64,000 bases of DNA from Octopus sinensis. Lineage: Eukaryota. Within the stretch, counting starts at the first letter, position 1. Each line of letters begins with the position of its first letter. The stretch lies in the NCBI RefSeq assembly GCF_006345805.1, contig NC_042997.1, positions 211,544,001-211,608,000 of the forward strand, in the 5' to 3' direction. This document shows positions 49,001-64,000 of this stretch, in pieces. Position numbers and translations under genes: made by a program. The notes beneath the pieces are model-generated. The model saw only the letters and a program-made list of their open reading frames with translations. It was not told the DNA's origin and ran no database searches.

Positions 49001-52000
49001 GAATCTTTTGATCAAGGTAAAATCTTTGTGAGAGTTTTTTTGAGTTTCATGTCATCTAAATGGCGAGATTAAAGGAACCGATGCTCTTTGGAATCGAAAA
49101 CGAACCTCTCATATTTTTAAACATATGAGATAATTGATTGAAAAACATCAAAGATCATACAAATTTTCCGAAGGCAGCAAAAAGCCAAGTCAAAAATAGT
49201 TTTAAAGGATTAGAATCTTTTGATCAAGGTAAAATCTTTGTGAGAGTTTTTTTGAGTTTCATGTCATCTAAATGGCGAGATTAAAGGAACCGATGCTCTT
49301 TGGAATCGAAAACGAACCTCTCATATTTTTAAACATATGAGATAATTGATTGAAAAACATCAAAGATGATACAAATTTTCCGAAGGCAGCAAAAAGCCAA
49401 GTCAAAAATAGTTTTAAAGGATTAGAATCTTTTGATCAAGGTAAAATCTTTGTGAGAGTTTTTTTGAGTTTCATGTCATCTAAATGGCGAGATTAAAGGA
49501 ACCGATGCTCTTTGGAATCGAAAACGAACCTCTCATATTTTTAAACATATGAGATAATTGATTGAAAAACATCAAAGATGATACAAATTTTCCGAAGGCA
49601 GCAAAAAGCCAAGTCAAAAATAGTTTTAAAGGATTAGAATCTTTTGATCAAGGTAAAATCTTTGTGAGAGTTTTTTTGAGTTTCATGTCATCTAAATGGC
49701 GAGATTAAAGGAACCGATGCTCTTTGGAATCGAAAACGAACCTCTCATATTTTTAAACATATGAGATAATTGATTGAAAAACATCAAAGATGATACAAAT
49801 TTTCCGAAGGCAGCAAAAAGCCAAGTCAAAAATAGTTTTAAAGGATTAGAATCTTTTGATCAAGGTAAAATCTTTGTGAGAGTTTTTTTGAGTTTCATGT
49901 CATCTAAATGGCGAGATTAAAGGAACCGATGCTCTTTGGAATCGAAAACGAACCTCTCATATTTTTAAACATATGAGATAATTGATTGAAAAACATCAAA
50001 GATGATACAAATTTTCCGAAGGCAGCAAAAAGCCAAGTCAAAAATAGTTTTAAAGGATTAGAATCTTTTGATCAAGGTAAAATCTTTGTGAGAGTTTTTT
50101 TGAGTTTCATGTCATCTAAATGGCGAGATTAAAGGAACCGATGCTCTTTGGAATCGAAAACGAACCTCTCATATTTTTAAACATATGAGATAATTGATTG
50201 AAAAACATCAAAGATGATACAAATTTTCCGAAGGCAGCAAAAAGCCAAGTCAAAAATAGTTTTAAAGGATTAGAATCTTTTGATCAAGGTAAAATCTTTG
50301 TGAGAGTTTTTTTGAGTTTCATGTCATCTAAATGGCGAGATTAAAGGAACCGATGCTCTTTGGAATCGAAAACGAACCTCTCATATTTTTAAACATATGA
50401 GATAATTGATTGAAAAACATCAAAGATCATACAAATTTTCCGAAGGCAGCAAAAAGCCAAGTCAAAAATAGTTTTAAAGGATTAGAATCTTTTGATCAAG
50501 GTAAAATCTTTGTGAGAGTTTTTTTGAGTTTCATGTCATCTAAATGGCGAGATTAAAGGAACCGATGCTCTTTGGAATCGAAAACGAACCTCTCATATTT
50601 TTAAACATATGAGATAATTGATTGAAAAACATCAAAGATGATACAAATTTTCCGAAGGCAGCAAAAAGCCAAGTCAAAAATAGTTTTAAAGGATTAGAAT
50701 CTTTTGATCAAGGTAAAATCTTTGTGAGAGTTTTTTTGAGTTTCATGTCATCTAAATGGCGAGATTAAAGGAACCGATGCTCTTTGGAATCGAAAACGAA
50801 CCTCTCATATTTTTAAACATATGAGATAATTGATTGAAAAACATCAAAGATGATACAAATTTTCCGAAGGCAGCAAAAAGCCAAGTCAAAAATAGTTTTA
50901 AAGGATTAGAATCTTTTGATCAAGGTAAAATCTTTGTGAGAGTTTTTTTGAGTTTCATGTCATCTAAATGGCGAGATTAAAGGAACCGATGCTCTTTGGA
51001 ATCGAAAACGAACCTCTCATATTTTTAAACATATGAGATAATTGATTGAAAAACATCAAAGATGATACAAATTTTCCGAAGGCAGCAAAAAGCCAAGTCA
51101 AAAATAGTTTTAAAGGATTAGAATCTTTTGATCAAGGTAAAATCTTTGTGAGAGTTTTTTTGAGTTTCATGTCATCTAAATGGCGAGATTAAAGGAACCG
51201 ATGCTCTTTGGAATCGAAAACGAACCTCTCATATTTTTAAACATATGAGATAATTGATTGAAAAACATCAAAGATGATACAAATTTTCCGAAGGCAGCAA
51301 AAAGCCAAGTCAAAAATAGTTTTAAAGGATTAGAATCTTTTGATCAAGGTAAAATCTTTGTGAGAGTTTTTTTGAGTTTCATGTCATCTAAATGGCGAGA
51401 TTAAAGGAACCGATGCTCTTTGGAATCGAAAACGAACCTCTCATATTTTTAAACATATGAGATAATTGATTGAAAAACATCAAAGATGATACAAATTTTC
51501 CGAAGGCAGCAAAAAGCCAAGTCAAAAATAGTTTTAAAGGATTAGAATCTTTTGATCAAGGTAAAATCTTTGTGAGAGTTTTTTTGAGTTTCATGTCATC
51601 TAAATGGCGAGATTAAAGGAACCGATGCTCTTTGGAATCGAAAACGAACCTCTCATATTTTTAAACATATGAGATAATTGATTGAAAAACATCAAAGATG
51701 ATACAAATTTTCCGAAGGCAGCAAAAAGCCAAGTCAAAAATAGTTTTAAAGGATTAGAATATTTTGATCAAGGTAAAATCTTTGTGAGAGTTTTTTTGAG
51801 TTTCATGTCATCTAAATGGCGAGATTAAAGGAACCGATGCTCTTTGGAATCGAAAACGAACCTCTCATATTTTTAAACATATGAGATAATTGATTGAAAA
51901 ACATCAAAGATGATACAAATTTTCCGAAGGCAGCAAAAAGCCAAGTCAAAAATAGTTTTAAAGGATTAGAATCTTTTGATCAAGGTAAAATCTTTGTGAG

Positions 52001-55000
52001 AGTTTTTTTGAGTTTCATGTCATCTAAATGGCGAGATGAAAGGAACCGATGCTCTTTGGAATCGAAAACGAACCTCTCATATTTTTAAACATATGAGATA
52101 ATTGATTGAAAAACATCAAAGATGATACAAATTTTCCGAAGGCAGCAAAAAGCCAAGTCAAAAATAGTTTTAAAGGATTAGAATCTTTTGATCAAGGTAA
52201 AATCTTTGTGAGAGTTTTTTTGAGTTTCATGTCATCTAAATGGCGAGATTAAAGGAACCGATGCTCTTTGGAATCGAAAACGAACCTCTCATATTTTTAA
52301 ACATATGAGATAATTGATTGAAAAACATCAAAGATGATACAAATTTTCCGAAGGCAGCAAAAAGCCAAGTCAAAAATAGTTTTAAAGGATTAGAATCTTT
52401 TGATCAAGGTAAAATCTTTGTGAGAGTTTTTTTGAGTTTCATGTCATCTAAATGGCGAGATTAAAGGAACCGATGCTCTTTGGAATCGAAAACGAACCTC
52501 TCATATTTTTAAACATATGAGATAATTGATTGAAAAACATCAAAGATGATACAAATTTTCCGAAGGCAGCAAAAAGCCAAGTCAAAAATAGTTTTAAAGG
52601 ATTAGAATCTTTTGATCAAGGTAAAATCTTTGTGAGAGTTTTTTTGAGTTTCATGTCATCTAAATGGCGAGATTAAAGGAACCGATGCTCTTTGGAATCG
52701 AAAACGAACCTCTCATATTTTTAAACATATGAGATAATTGATTGAAAAACATCAAAGATGATACAAATTTTCCGAAGGCAGCAAAAAGCCAAGTCAAAAA
52801 TAGTTTTAAAGGATTAGAATCTTTTGATCAAGGTAAAATCTTTGTGAGAGTTTTTTTGAGTTTCATGTCATCTAAATGGCGAGATTAAAGGAACCGATGC
52901 TCTTTGGAATCGAAAACGAACCTCTCATATTTTTAAACATATGAGATAATTGATTGAAAAACATCAAAGATCATACAAATTTTCCGAAGGCAGCAAAAAG
53001 CCAAGTCAAAAATAGTTTTAAAGGATTAGAATCTTTTGATCAAGGTAAAATCTTTGTGAGAGTTTTTTTGAGTTTCATGTCATCTAAATGGCGAGATTAA
53101 AGGAACCGATGCTCTTTGGAATCGAAAACGAACCTCTCATATTTTAAACATATGAGATAATTGATTGAAAAACATCAAAGATGATACAAATTTTCCGAAG
53201 GCAGCAAAAAGCCAAGTCAAAAATAGTTTTAAAGGATTAGAATCTTTTGATCAAGGTAAAATCTTTGTGAGAGTTTTTTTGAGTTTCATGTCATCTAAAT
53301 GGCGAGATTAAAGGAACCGATGCTCTTTGGAATCGAAAACGAACCTCTCATATTTTTAAACATATGAGATAATTGATTGAAAAACATCAAAGATGATACA
53401 AATTTTCCGAAGGCAGCAAAAAGCCAAGTCAAAAATAGTTTTAAAGGATTAGAATCTTTTGATCAAGGTAAAATCTTTGTGAGAGTTTTTTTGAGTTTCA
53501 TGTCATCTAAATGGCGAGATTAAAGGAACCGATGCTCTTTGGAATCGAAAACGAACCTCTCATATTTTTAAACATATGAGATAATTGATTGAAAAACATC
53601 AAAGATGATACAAATTTTCCGAAGGCAGCAAAAAGCCAAGTCAAAAATAGTTTTAAAGGATTAGAATCTTTTGATCAAGGTAAAATCTTTGTGAGAGTTT
53701 TTTTGAGTTTCATGTCATCTAAATGGCGAGATTAAAGGAACCGATGCTCTTTGGAATCGAAAACGAACCTCTCATATTTTTAAACATATGAGATAATTGA
53801 TTGAAAAACATCAAAGATGATACAAATTTTCCGAAGGCAGCAAAAAGCCAAGTCAAAAATAGTTTTAAAGGATTAGAATCTTTTGATCAAGGTAAAATCT
53901 TTGTGAGAGTTTTTTTGAGTTTCATGTCATCTAAATGGCGAGATTAAAGGAACCGATGCTCTTTGGAATCGAAAACGAACCTCTCATATTTTTAAACATA
54001 TGAGATAATTGATTGAAAAACATCAAAGATGATACAAATTTTCCGAAGGCAGCAAAAAGCCAAGTCAAAAATAGTTTTAAAGGATTAGAATCTTTTGATC
54101 AAGGTAAAATCTTTGTGAGAGTTTTTTTGAGTTTCATGTCATCTAAATGGCGAGATTAAAGGAACCGATGCTCTTTGGAATCGAAAACGAACCTCTCATA
54201 TTTTTAAACATATGAGATAATTGATTGAAAAACATCAAAGATGATACAAATTTTCCGAAGGCAGCAAAAAGCCAAGTCAAAAATAGTTTTAAAGGATTAG
54301 AATCTTTTGATCAAGGTAAAATCTTTGTGAGAGTTTTTTTGAGTTTCATGTCATCTAAATGGCGAGATTAAAGGAACCGATGCTCTTTGGAATCGAAAAC
54401 GAACCTCTCATATTTTTAAACATATGAGATAATTGATTGAAAAACATCAAAGATGATACAAATTTTCCGAAGGCAGCAAAAAGCCAAGTCAAAAATAGTT
54501 TTAAAGGATTAGAATCTTTTGATCAAGGTAAAATCTTTGTGAGAGTTTTTTTGAGTTTCATGTCATCTAAATGGCGAGATTAAAGGAACCGATGCTCTTT
54601 GGAATCGAAAACGAACCTCTCATATTTTTAAACATATGAGATAATTGATTGAAAAACATCAAAGATGATACAAATTTTCCGAAGGCAGCAAAAAGCCAAG
54701 TCAAAAATAGTTTTAAAGGATTAGAATCTTTTGATCAAGGTAAAATCTTTGTGAGAGTTTTTTTGAGTTTCATGTCATCTAAATGGCGAGATTAAAGGAA
54801 CCGATGCTCTTTGGAATCGAAAACGAACCTCTCATATTTTTAAACATATGAGATAATTGATTGAAAAACATCAAAGATGATACAAATTTTCCGAAGGCAG
54901 CAAAAAGCCAAGTCAAAAATAGTTTTAAAGGATTAGAATCTTTTGATCAAGGTAAAATCTTTGTGAGAGTTTTTTTGAGTTTCATGTCATCTAAATGGCG

Positions 55001-58000
55001 AGATTAAAGGAACCGATGCTCTTTGGAATCGAAAACGAACCTCTCATATTTTTAAACATATGAGATAATTGATTGAAAAACATCAAAGATGATACAAATT
55101 TTCCGAAGGCAGCAAAAAGCCAAGTCAAAAATAGTTTTAAAGGATTAGAATCTTTTGATCAAGGTAAAATCTTTGTGAGAGTTTTTTTGAGTTTCATGTC
55201 ATCTAAATGGCGAGATTAAAGGAACCGATGCTCTTTGGAATCGAAAACGAACCTCTCATATTTTTAAACATATGAGATAATTGATTGAAAAACATCAAAG
55301 ATGATACAAATTTTCCGAAGGCAGCAAAAAGCCAAGTCAAAAATAGTTTTAAAGGATTAGAATCTTTTGATCAAGGTAAAATCTTTGTGAGAGTTTTTTT
55401 GAGTTTCATGTCATCTAAATGGCGAGATTAAAGGAACCGATGCTCTTTGGAATCGAAAACGAACCTCTCATATTTTTAAACATATGAGATAATTGATTGA
55501 AAAACATCAAAGATGATACAAATTTTCCGAAGGCAGCAAAAAGCCAAGTCAAAAATAGTTTTAAAGGATTAGAATCTTTTGATCAAGGTAAAATCTTTGT
55601 GAGAGTTTTTTTGAGTTTCATGTCATCTAAATGGCGAGATTAAAGGAACCGATGCTCTTTGGAATCGAAAACGAACCTCTCATATTTTTAAACATATGAG
55701 ATAATTGATTGAAAAACATCAAAGATGATACAAATTTTCCGAAGGCAGCAAAAAGCCAAGTCAAAAATAGTTTTAAAGGATTAGAATCTTTTGATCAAGG
55801 TAAAATCTTTGTGAGAGTTTTTTTGAGTTTCATGTCATCTAAATGGCGAGATTAAAGGAACCGATGCTCTTTGGAATCGAAAACGAACCTCTCATATTTT
55901 TAAACATATGAGATAATTGATTGAAAAACATCAAAGATCATACAAATTTTCCGAAGGCAGCAAAAAGCCAAGTCAAAAATAGTTTTAAAGGATTAGAATC
56001 TTTTGATCAAGGTAAAATCTTTGTGAGAGTTTTTTTGAGTTTCATGTCATCTAAATGGCGAGATTAAAGGAACCGATGCTCTTTGGAATCGAAAACGAAC
56101 CTCTCATATTTTTAAACATATGAGATAATTGATTGAAAAACATCAAAGATCATACAAATTTTCCGAAGGCAGCAAAAAGCCAAGTCAAAAATAGTTTTAA
56201 AGGATTAGAATCTTTTGATCAAGGTAAAATCTTTGTGAGAGTTTTTTTGAGTTTCATGTCATCTAAATGGCGAGATTAAAGGAACCGATGCTCTTTGGAA
56301 TCGAAAACGAACCTCTCATATTTTTAAACATATGAGATAATTGATTGAAAAACATCAAAGATGATACAAATTTTCCGAAGGCAGCAAAAAGCCAAGTCAA
56401 AAATAGTTTTAAAGGATTAGAATCTTTTGATCAAGGTAAAATCTTTGTGAGAGTTTTTTTGAGTTTCATGTCATCTAAATGGCGAGATTAAAGGAACCGA
56501 TGCTCTTTGGAATCGAAAACGAACCTCTCATATTTTTAAACATATGAGATAATTGATTGAAAAACATCAAAGATGATACAAATTTTCCGAAGGCAGCAAA
56601 AAGCCAAGTCAAAAATAGTTTTAAAGGATTAGAATCTTTTGATCAAGGTAAAATCTTTGTGAGAGTTTTTTTGAGTTTCATGTCATCTAAATGGCGAGAT
56701 TAAAGGAACCGATGCTCTTTGGAATCGAAAACGAACCTCTCATATTTTTAAACATATGAGATAATTGATTGAAAAACATCAAAGATGATACAAATTTTCC
56801 GAAGGCAGCAAAAAGCCAAGTCAAAAATAGTTTTAAAGGATTAGAATCTTTTGATCAAGGTAAAATCTTTGTGAGAGTTTTTTTGAGTTTCATGTCATCT
56901 AAATGGCGAGATTAAAGGAACCGATGCTCTTTGGAATCGAAAACGAACCTCTCATATTTTTAAACATATGAGATAATTGATTGAAAAACATCAAAGATGA
57001 TACAAATTTTCCGAAGGCAGCAAAAAGCCAAGTCAAAAATAGTTTTAAAGGATTAGAATCTTTTGATCAAGGTAAAATCTTTGTGAGAGTTTTTTTGAGT
57101 TTCATGTCATCTAAATGGCGAGATTAAAGGAACCGATGCTCTTTGGAATCGAAAACGAACCTCTCATATTTTTAAACATATGAGATAATTGATTGAAAAA
57201 CATCAAAGATGATACAAATTTTCCGAAGGCAGCAAAAAGCCAAGTCAAAAATAGTTTTAAAGGATTAGAATCTTTTGATCAAGGTAAAATCTTTGTGAGA
57301 GTTTTTTTGAGTTTCATGTCATCTAAATGGCGAGATTAAAGGAACCGATGCTCTTTGGAATCGAAAACGAACCTCTCATATTTTTAAACATATGAGATAA
57401 TTGATTGAAAAACATCAAAGATGATACAAATTTTCCGAAGGCAGCAAAAAGCCAAGTCAAAAATAGTTTTAAAGGATTAGAATCTTTTGATCAAGGTAAA
57501 ATCTTTGTGAGAGTTTTTTTGAGTTTCATGTCATCTAAATGGCGAGATTAAAGGAACCGATGCTCTTTGGAATCGAAAACGAACCTCTCATATTTTTAAA
57601 CATATGAGATAATTGATTGAAAAACATCAAAGATGATACAAATTTTCCGAAGGCAGCAAAAAGCCAAGTCAAAAATAGTTTTAAAGGATTAGAATCTTTT
57701 GATCAAGGTAAAATCTTTGTGAGAGTTTTTTTGAGTTTCATGTCATCTAAATGGCGAGATTAAAGGAACCGATGCTCTTTGGAATCGAAAACGAACCTCT
57801 CATATTTTTAAACATATGAGATAATTGATTGAAAAACATCAAAGATGATACAAATTTTCCGAAGGCAGCAAAAAGCCAAGTCAAAAATAGTTTTAAAGGA
57901 TTAGAATCTTTTGATCAAGGTAAAATCTTTGTGAGAGTTTTTTTGAGTTTCATGTCATCTAAATGGCGAGATTAAAGGAACCGATGCTCTTTGGAATCGA

Positions 58001-61000
58001 AAACGAACCTCTCATATTTTTAAACATATGAGATAATTGATTGAAAAACATCAAAGATGATACAAATTTTCCGAAGGCAGCAAAAAGCCAAGTCAAAAAT
58101 AGTTTTAAAGGATTAGAATCTTTTGATCAAGGTAAAATCTTTGTGAGAGTTTTTTTGAGTTTCATGTCATCTAAATGGCGAGATTAAAGGAACCGATGCT
58201 CTTTGGAATCGAAAACGAACCTCTCATATTTTTAAACATATGAGATAATTGATTGAAAAACATCAAAGATGATACAAATTTTCCGAAGGCAGCAAAAAGC
58301 CAAGTCAAAAATAGTTTTAAAGGATTAGAATCTTTTGATCAAGGTAAAATCTTTGTGAGAGTTTTTTTGAGTTTCATGTCATCTAAATGGCGAGATTAAA
58401 GGAACCGATGCTCTTTGGAATCGAAAACGAACCTCTCATATTTTTAAACATATGAGATAATTGATTGAAAAACATCAAAGATGATACAAATTTTCCGAAG
58501 GCAGCAAAAAGCCAAGTCAAAAATAGTTTTAAAGGATTAGAATCTTTTGATCAAGGTAAAATCTTTGTGAGAGTTTTTTTGAGTTTCATGTCATCTAAAT
58601 GGCGAGATTAAAGGAACCGATGCTCTTTGGAATCGAAAACGAACCTCTCATATTTTTAAACATATGAGATAATTGATTGAAAAACATCAAAGATGATACA
58701 AATTTTCCGAAGGCAGCAAAAAGCCAAGTCAAAAATAGTTTTAAAGGATTAGAATCTTTTGATCAAGGTAAAATCTTTGTGAGAGTTTTTTTGAGTTTCA
58801 TGTCATCTAAATGGCGAGATTAAAGGAACCGATGCTCTTTGGAATCGAAAACGAACCTCTCATATTTTTAAACATATGAGATAATTGATTGAAAAACATC
58901 AAAGATGATACAAATTTTCCGAAGGCAGCAAAAAGCCAAGTCAAAAATAGTTTTAAAGGATTAGAATCTTTTGATCAAGGTAAAATCTTTGTGAGAGTTT
59001 TTTTGAGTTTCATGTCATCTAAATGGCGAGATTAAAGGAACCGATGCTCTTTGGAATCGAAAACGAACCTCTCATATTTTTAAACATATGAGATAATTGA
59101 TTGAAAAACATCAAAGATGATACAAATTTTCCGAAGGCAGCAAAAAGCCAAGTCAAAAATAGTTTTAAAGGATTAGAATCTTTTGATCAAGGTAAAATCT
59201 TTGTGAGAGTTTTTTTGAGTTTCATGTCATCTAAATGGCGAGATTAAAGGAACCGATGCTCTTTGGAATCGAAAACGAACCTCTCATATTTTTAAACATA
59301 TGAGATAATTGATTGAAAAACATCAAAGATCATACAAATTTTCCGAAGGCAGCAAAAAGCCAAGTCAAAAATAGTTTTAAAGGATTAGAATCTTTTGATC
59401 AAGGTAAAATCTTTGTGAGAGTTTTTTTGAGTTTCATGTCATCTAAATGGCGAGATTAAAGGAACCGATGCTCTTTGGAATCGAAAACGAACCTCTCATA
59501 TTTTTAAACATATGAGATAATTGATTGAAAAACATCAAAGATGATACAAATTTTCCGAAGGCAGCAAAAAGCCAAGTCAAAAATAGTTTTAAAGGATTAG
59601 AATCTTTTGATCAAGGTAAAATCTTTGTGAGAGTTTTTTTGAGTTTCATGTCATCTAAATGGCGAGATTAAAGGAACCGATGCTCTTTGGAATCGAAAAC
59701 GAACCTCTCATATTTTTAAACATATGAGATAATTGATTGAAAAACATCAAAGATCATACAAATTTTCCGAAGGCAGCAAAAAGCCAAGTCAAAAATAGTT
59801 TTAAAGGATTAGAATCTTTTGATCAAGGTAAAATCTTTGTGAGAGTTTTTTTGAGTTTCATGTCATCTAAATGGCGAGATTAAAGGAACCGATGCTCTTT
59901 GGAATCGAAAACGAACCTCTCATATTTTTAAACATATGAGATAATTGATTGAAAAACATCAAAGATGATACAAATTTTCCGAAGGCAGCAAAAAGCCAAG
60001 TCAAAAATAGTTTTAAAGGATTAGAATCTTTTGATCAAGGTAAAATCTTTGTGAGATCGAGTTTCATGTCATCTAAATGGCGAGATTAAAGGAACCGATT
60101 GAAAAACATCAAAGATGATACAAATTTTCCGAAGGCAGCAAAAAGCCAAGTCAAAAATAGTTTTAAAGGATTAGAATCTTTTGATCAAGGTAAAATCTTT
60201 GTGAGAGTTTTTTTGAGTTTCATGTCATCTAAATGGCGAGATTAAAGGAACCGATGCTCTTTGGAATCGAAAACGAACCTCTCATATTTTTAAACATATG
60301 AGATAATTGATTGAAAAACATCAAAGATGATACAAATTTTCCGAAGGCAGCAAAAAGCCAAGTCAAAAATAGTTTTAAAGGATTAGAATCTTTTGATCAA
60401 GGTAAAATCTTTGTGAGAGTTTTTTTGAGTTTCATGTCATCTAAATGGCGAGATTAAAGGAACCGATGCTCTTTGGAATCGAAAACGAACCTCTCATATT
60501 TTAAACATATGAGATAATTGATTGAAAAACATCAAAGATCATACAAATTTTCCGAAGGCAGCAAAAAGCCAAGTCAAAAATAGTTTTAAAGGATTAGAAT
60601 CTTTTGATCAAGGTAAAATCTTTGTGAGAGTTTTTTTGAGTTTCATGTCATCTAAATGGCGAGATTAAAGGAACCGATGCTCTTTGGAATCGAAAACGAA
60701 CCTCTCATATTTTAAACATATGAGATAATTGATTGAAAAACATCAAAGATGATACAAATTTTCCGAAGGCAGCAAAAAGCCAAGTCAAAAATAGTTTTAA
60801 AGGATTAGAATCTTTTGATCAAGGTAAAATCTTTGTGAGAGTTTTTTTGAGTTTCATGTCATCTAAATGGCGAGATTAAAGGAACCGATGCTCTTTGGAA
60901 TCGAAAACGAACCTCTCATATTTTTAAACATATGAGATAATTGATTGAAAAACATCAAAGATGATACAAATTTTCCGAAGGCAGCAAAAAGCCAAGTCAA

Positions 61001-64000
61001 AAATAGTTTTAAAGGATTAGAATCTTTTGATCAAGGTAAAATCTTTGTGAGAGTTTTTTTGAGTTTCATGTCATCTAAATGGCGAGATTAAAGGAACCGA
61101 TGCTCTTTGGAATCGAAAACGAACCTCTCATATTTTTAAACATATGAGATAATTGATTGAAAAACATCAAAGATGATACAAATTTTCCGAAGGCAGCAAA
61201 AAGCCAAGTCAAAAATAGTTTTAAAGGATTAGAATCTTTTGATCAAGGTAAAATCTTTGTGAGAGTTTTTTTGAGTTTCATGTCATCTAAATGGCGAGAT
61301 TAAAGGAACCGATGCTCTTTGGAATCGAAAACGAACCTCTCATATTTTTAAACATATGAGATAATTGATTGAAAAACATCAAAGATCATACAAATTTTCC
61401 GAAGGCAGCAAAAAGCCAAGTCAAAAATAGTTTTAAAGGATTAGAATCTTTTGATCAAGGTAAAATCTTTGTGAGAGTTTTTTTGAGTTTCATGTCATCT
61501 AAATGGCGAGATTAAAGGAACCGATGCTCTTTGGAATCGAAAACGAACCTCTCATATTTTTAAACATATGAGATAATTGATTGAAAAACATCAAAGATGA
61601 TACAAATTTTCCGAAGGCAGCAAAAAGCCAAGTCAAAAATAGTTTTAAAGGATTAGAATCTTTTGATCAAGGTAAAATCTTTGTGAGAGTTTTTTTGAGT
61701 TTCATGTCATCTAAATGGCGAGATTAAAGGAACCGATGCTCTTTGGAATCGAAAACGAACCTCTCATATTTTTAAACATATGAGATAATTGATTGAAAAA
61801 CATCAAAGATGATACAAATTTTCCGAAGGCAGCAAAAAGCCAAGTCAAAAATAGTTTTAAAGGATTAGAATCTTTTGATCAAGGTAAAATCTTTGTGAGA
61901 GTTTTTTTGAGTTTCATGTCATCTAAATGGCGAGATTAAAGGAACCGATGCTCTTTGGAATCGAAAACGAACCTCTCATATTTTTAAACATATGAGATAA
62001 TTGATTGAAAAACATCAAAGATGATACAAATTTTCCGAAGGCAGCAAAAAGCCAAGTCAAAAATAGTTTTAAAGGATTAGAATCTTTTGATCAAGGTAAA
62101 ATCTTTGTGAGAGTTTTTTTGAGTTTCATGTCATCTAAATGGCGAGATTAAAGGAACCGATGCTCTTTGGAATCGAAAACGAACCTCTCATATTTTTAAA
62201 CATATGAGATAATTGATTGAAAAACATCAAAGATGATACAAATTTTCCGAAGGCAGCAAAAAGCCAAGTCAAAAATAGTTTTAAAGGATTAGAATCTTTT
62301 GATCAAGGTAAAATCTTTGTGAGAGTTTTTTTGAGTTTCATGTCATCTAAATGGCGAGATTAAAGGAACCGATGCTCTTTGGAATCGAAAACGAACCTCT
62401 CATATTTTTAAACATATGAGATAATTGATTGAAAAACATCAAAGATCATACAAATTTTCCGAAGGCAGCAAAAAGCCAAGTCAAAAATAGTTTTAAAGGA
62501 TTAGAATCTTTTGATCAAGGTAAAATCTTTGTGAGAGTTTTTTTGAGTTTCATGTCATCTAAATGGCGAGATTAAAGGAACCGATGCTCTTTGGAATCGA
62601 AAACGAACCTCTCATATTTTTAAACATATGAGATAATTGATTGAAAAACATCAAAGATGATACAAATTTTCCGAAGGCAGCAAAAAGCCAAGTCAAAAAT
62701 AGTTTTAAAGGATTAGAATCTTTTGATCAAGGTAAAATCTTTGTGAGAGTTTTTTTGAGTTTCATGTCATCTAAATGGCGAGATTAAAGGAACCGATGCT
62801 CTTTGGAATCGAAAACGAACCTCTCATATTTTTAAACATATGAGATAATTGATTGAAAAACATCAAAGATCATACAAATTTTCCGAAGGCAGCAAAAAGC
62901 CAAGTCAAAAATAGTTTTAAAGGATTAGAATCTTTTGATCAAGGTAAAATCTTTGTGAGAGTTTTTTTGAGTTTCATGTCATCTAAATGGCGAGATTAAA
63001 GGAACCGATGCTCTTTGGAATCGAAAACGAACCTCTCATATTTTTAAACATATGAGATAATTGATTGAAAAACATCAAAGATCATACAAATTTTCCGAAG
63101 GCAGCAAAAAGCCAAGTCAAAAATAGTTTTAAAGGATTAGAATCTTTTGATCAAGGTAAAATCTTTGTGAGAGTTTTTTTGAGTTTCATGTCATCTAAAT
63201 GGCGAGATTAAAGGAACCGATGCTCTTTGGAATCGAAAACGAACCTCTCATATTTTTAAACATATGAGATAATTGATTGAAAAACATCAAAGATGATACA
63301 AATTTTCCGAAGGCAGCAAAAAGCCAAGTCAAAAATAGTTTTAAAGGATTAGAATCTTTTGATCAAGGTAAAATCTTTGTGAGAGTTTTTTTGAGTTTCA
63401 TGTCATCTAAATGGCGAGATTAAAGGAACCGATGCTCTTTGGAATCGAAAACGAACCTCTCATATTTTTAAACATATGAGATAATTGATTGAAAAACATC
63501 AAAGATCATACAAATTTTCCGAAGGCAGCAAAAAGCCAAGTCAAAAATAGTTTTAAAGGATTAGAATCTTTTGATCAAGGTAAAATCTTTGTGAGAGTTT
63601 TTTTGAGTTTCATGTCATCTAAATGGCGAGATTAAAGGAACCGATGCTCTTTGGAATCGAAAACGAACCTCTCATATTTTTAAACATATGAGATAATTGA
63701 TTGAAAAACATCAAAGATGATACAAATTTTCCGAAGGCAGCAAAAAGCCAAGTCAAAAATAGTTTTAAAGGATTAGAATCTTTTGATCAAGGTAAAATCT
63801 TTGTGAGAGTTTTTTTGAGTTTCATGTCATCTAAATGGCGAGATTAAAGGAACCGATGCTCTTTGGAATCGAAAACGAACCTCTCATATTTTAAACATAT
63901 GAGATAATTGATTGAAAAACATCAAAGATCATACAAATTTTCCGAAGGCAGCAAAAAGCCAAGTCAAAAATAGTTTTAAAGGATTAGAATCTTTTGATCA
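40003..64000. repeat. 212-bp tandem satellite, about 113 copies, running off the window end
   Basis: aaacatatgag at 40010 and 40222 gives a period of 212. The monomer repeats head-to-tail with few variants and no spacers. Confidence 0.98.

Noticed and set aside
40003-64000. CRISPR array or coding repeat (64-aa ORFs MKNIKD..)
   Set aside because: There are no unique spacers and the context is eukaryotic. 212 is not a multiple of 3, and the ORFs depend on TTG starts and on a point variant that removes a stop.

Overview
Repeat-dense eukaryotic DNA. The SINE families and repeat landscape suggest an octopus or other cephalopod (inference). Bases 1-40 kb are a nest of decayed transposons: several RTE LINEs (one nearly complete, with a C4HC3 PHD-like finger after the RT core), a Helitron 5' fragment, a Tx1/L1-clade LINE, two R4/Dong-type restriction-endonuclease LINE copies bounded by (TAA)n arrays, and tRNA-derived SINEs. 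A ~10 kb tandem duplication covers about 4581-15092 and 15217-24856. The only host gene evidence is three spliced + strand exons (35596-37294) encoding a PARP14/15/9-type macrodomain. Just upstream lie Penelope-pLTR-like repeats carrying two hammerhead-ribozyme-like motifs. One has an intact catalytic core on the - strand inside a ~186 bp inverted repeat. Bases ~40003-64000 are a homogeneous 212-bp satellite of about 113 copies. No database searches were run. Family assignments rest on recognised motifs.
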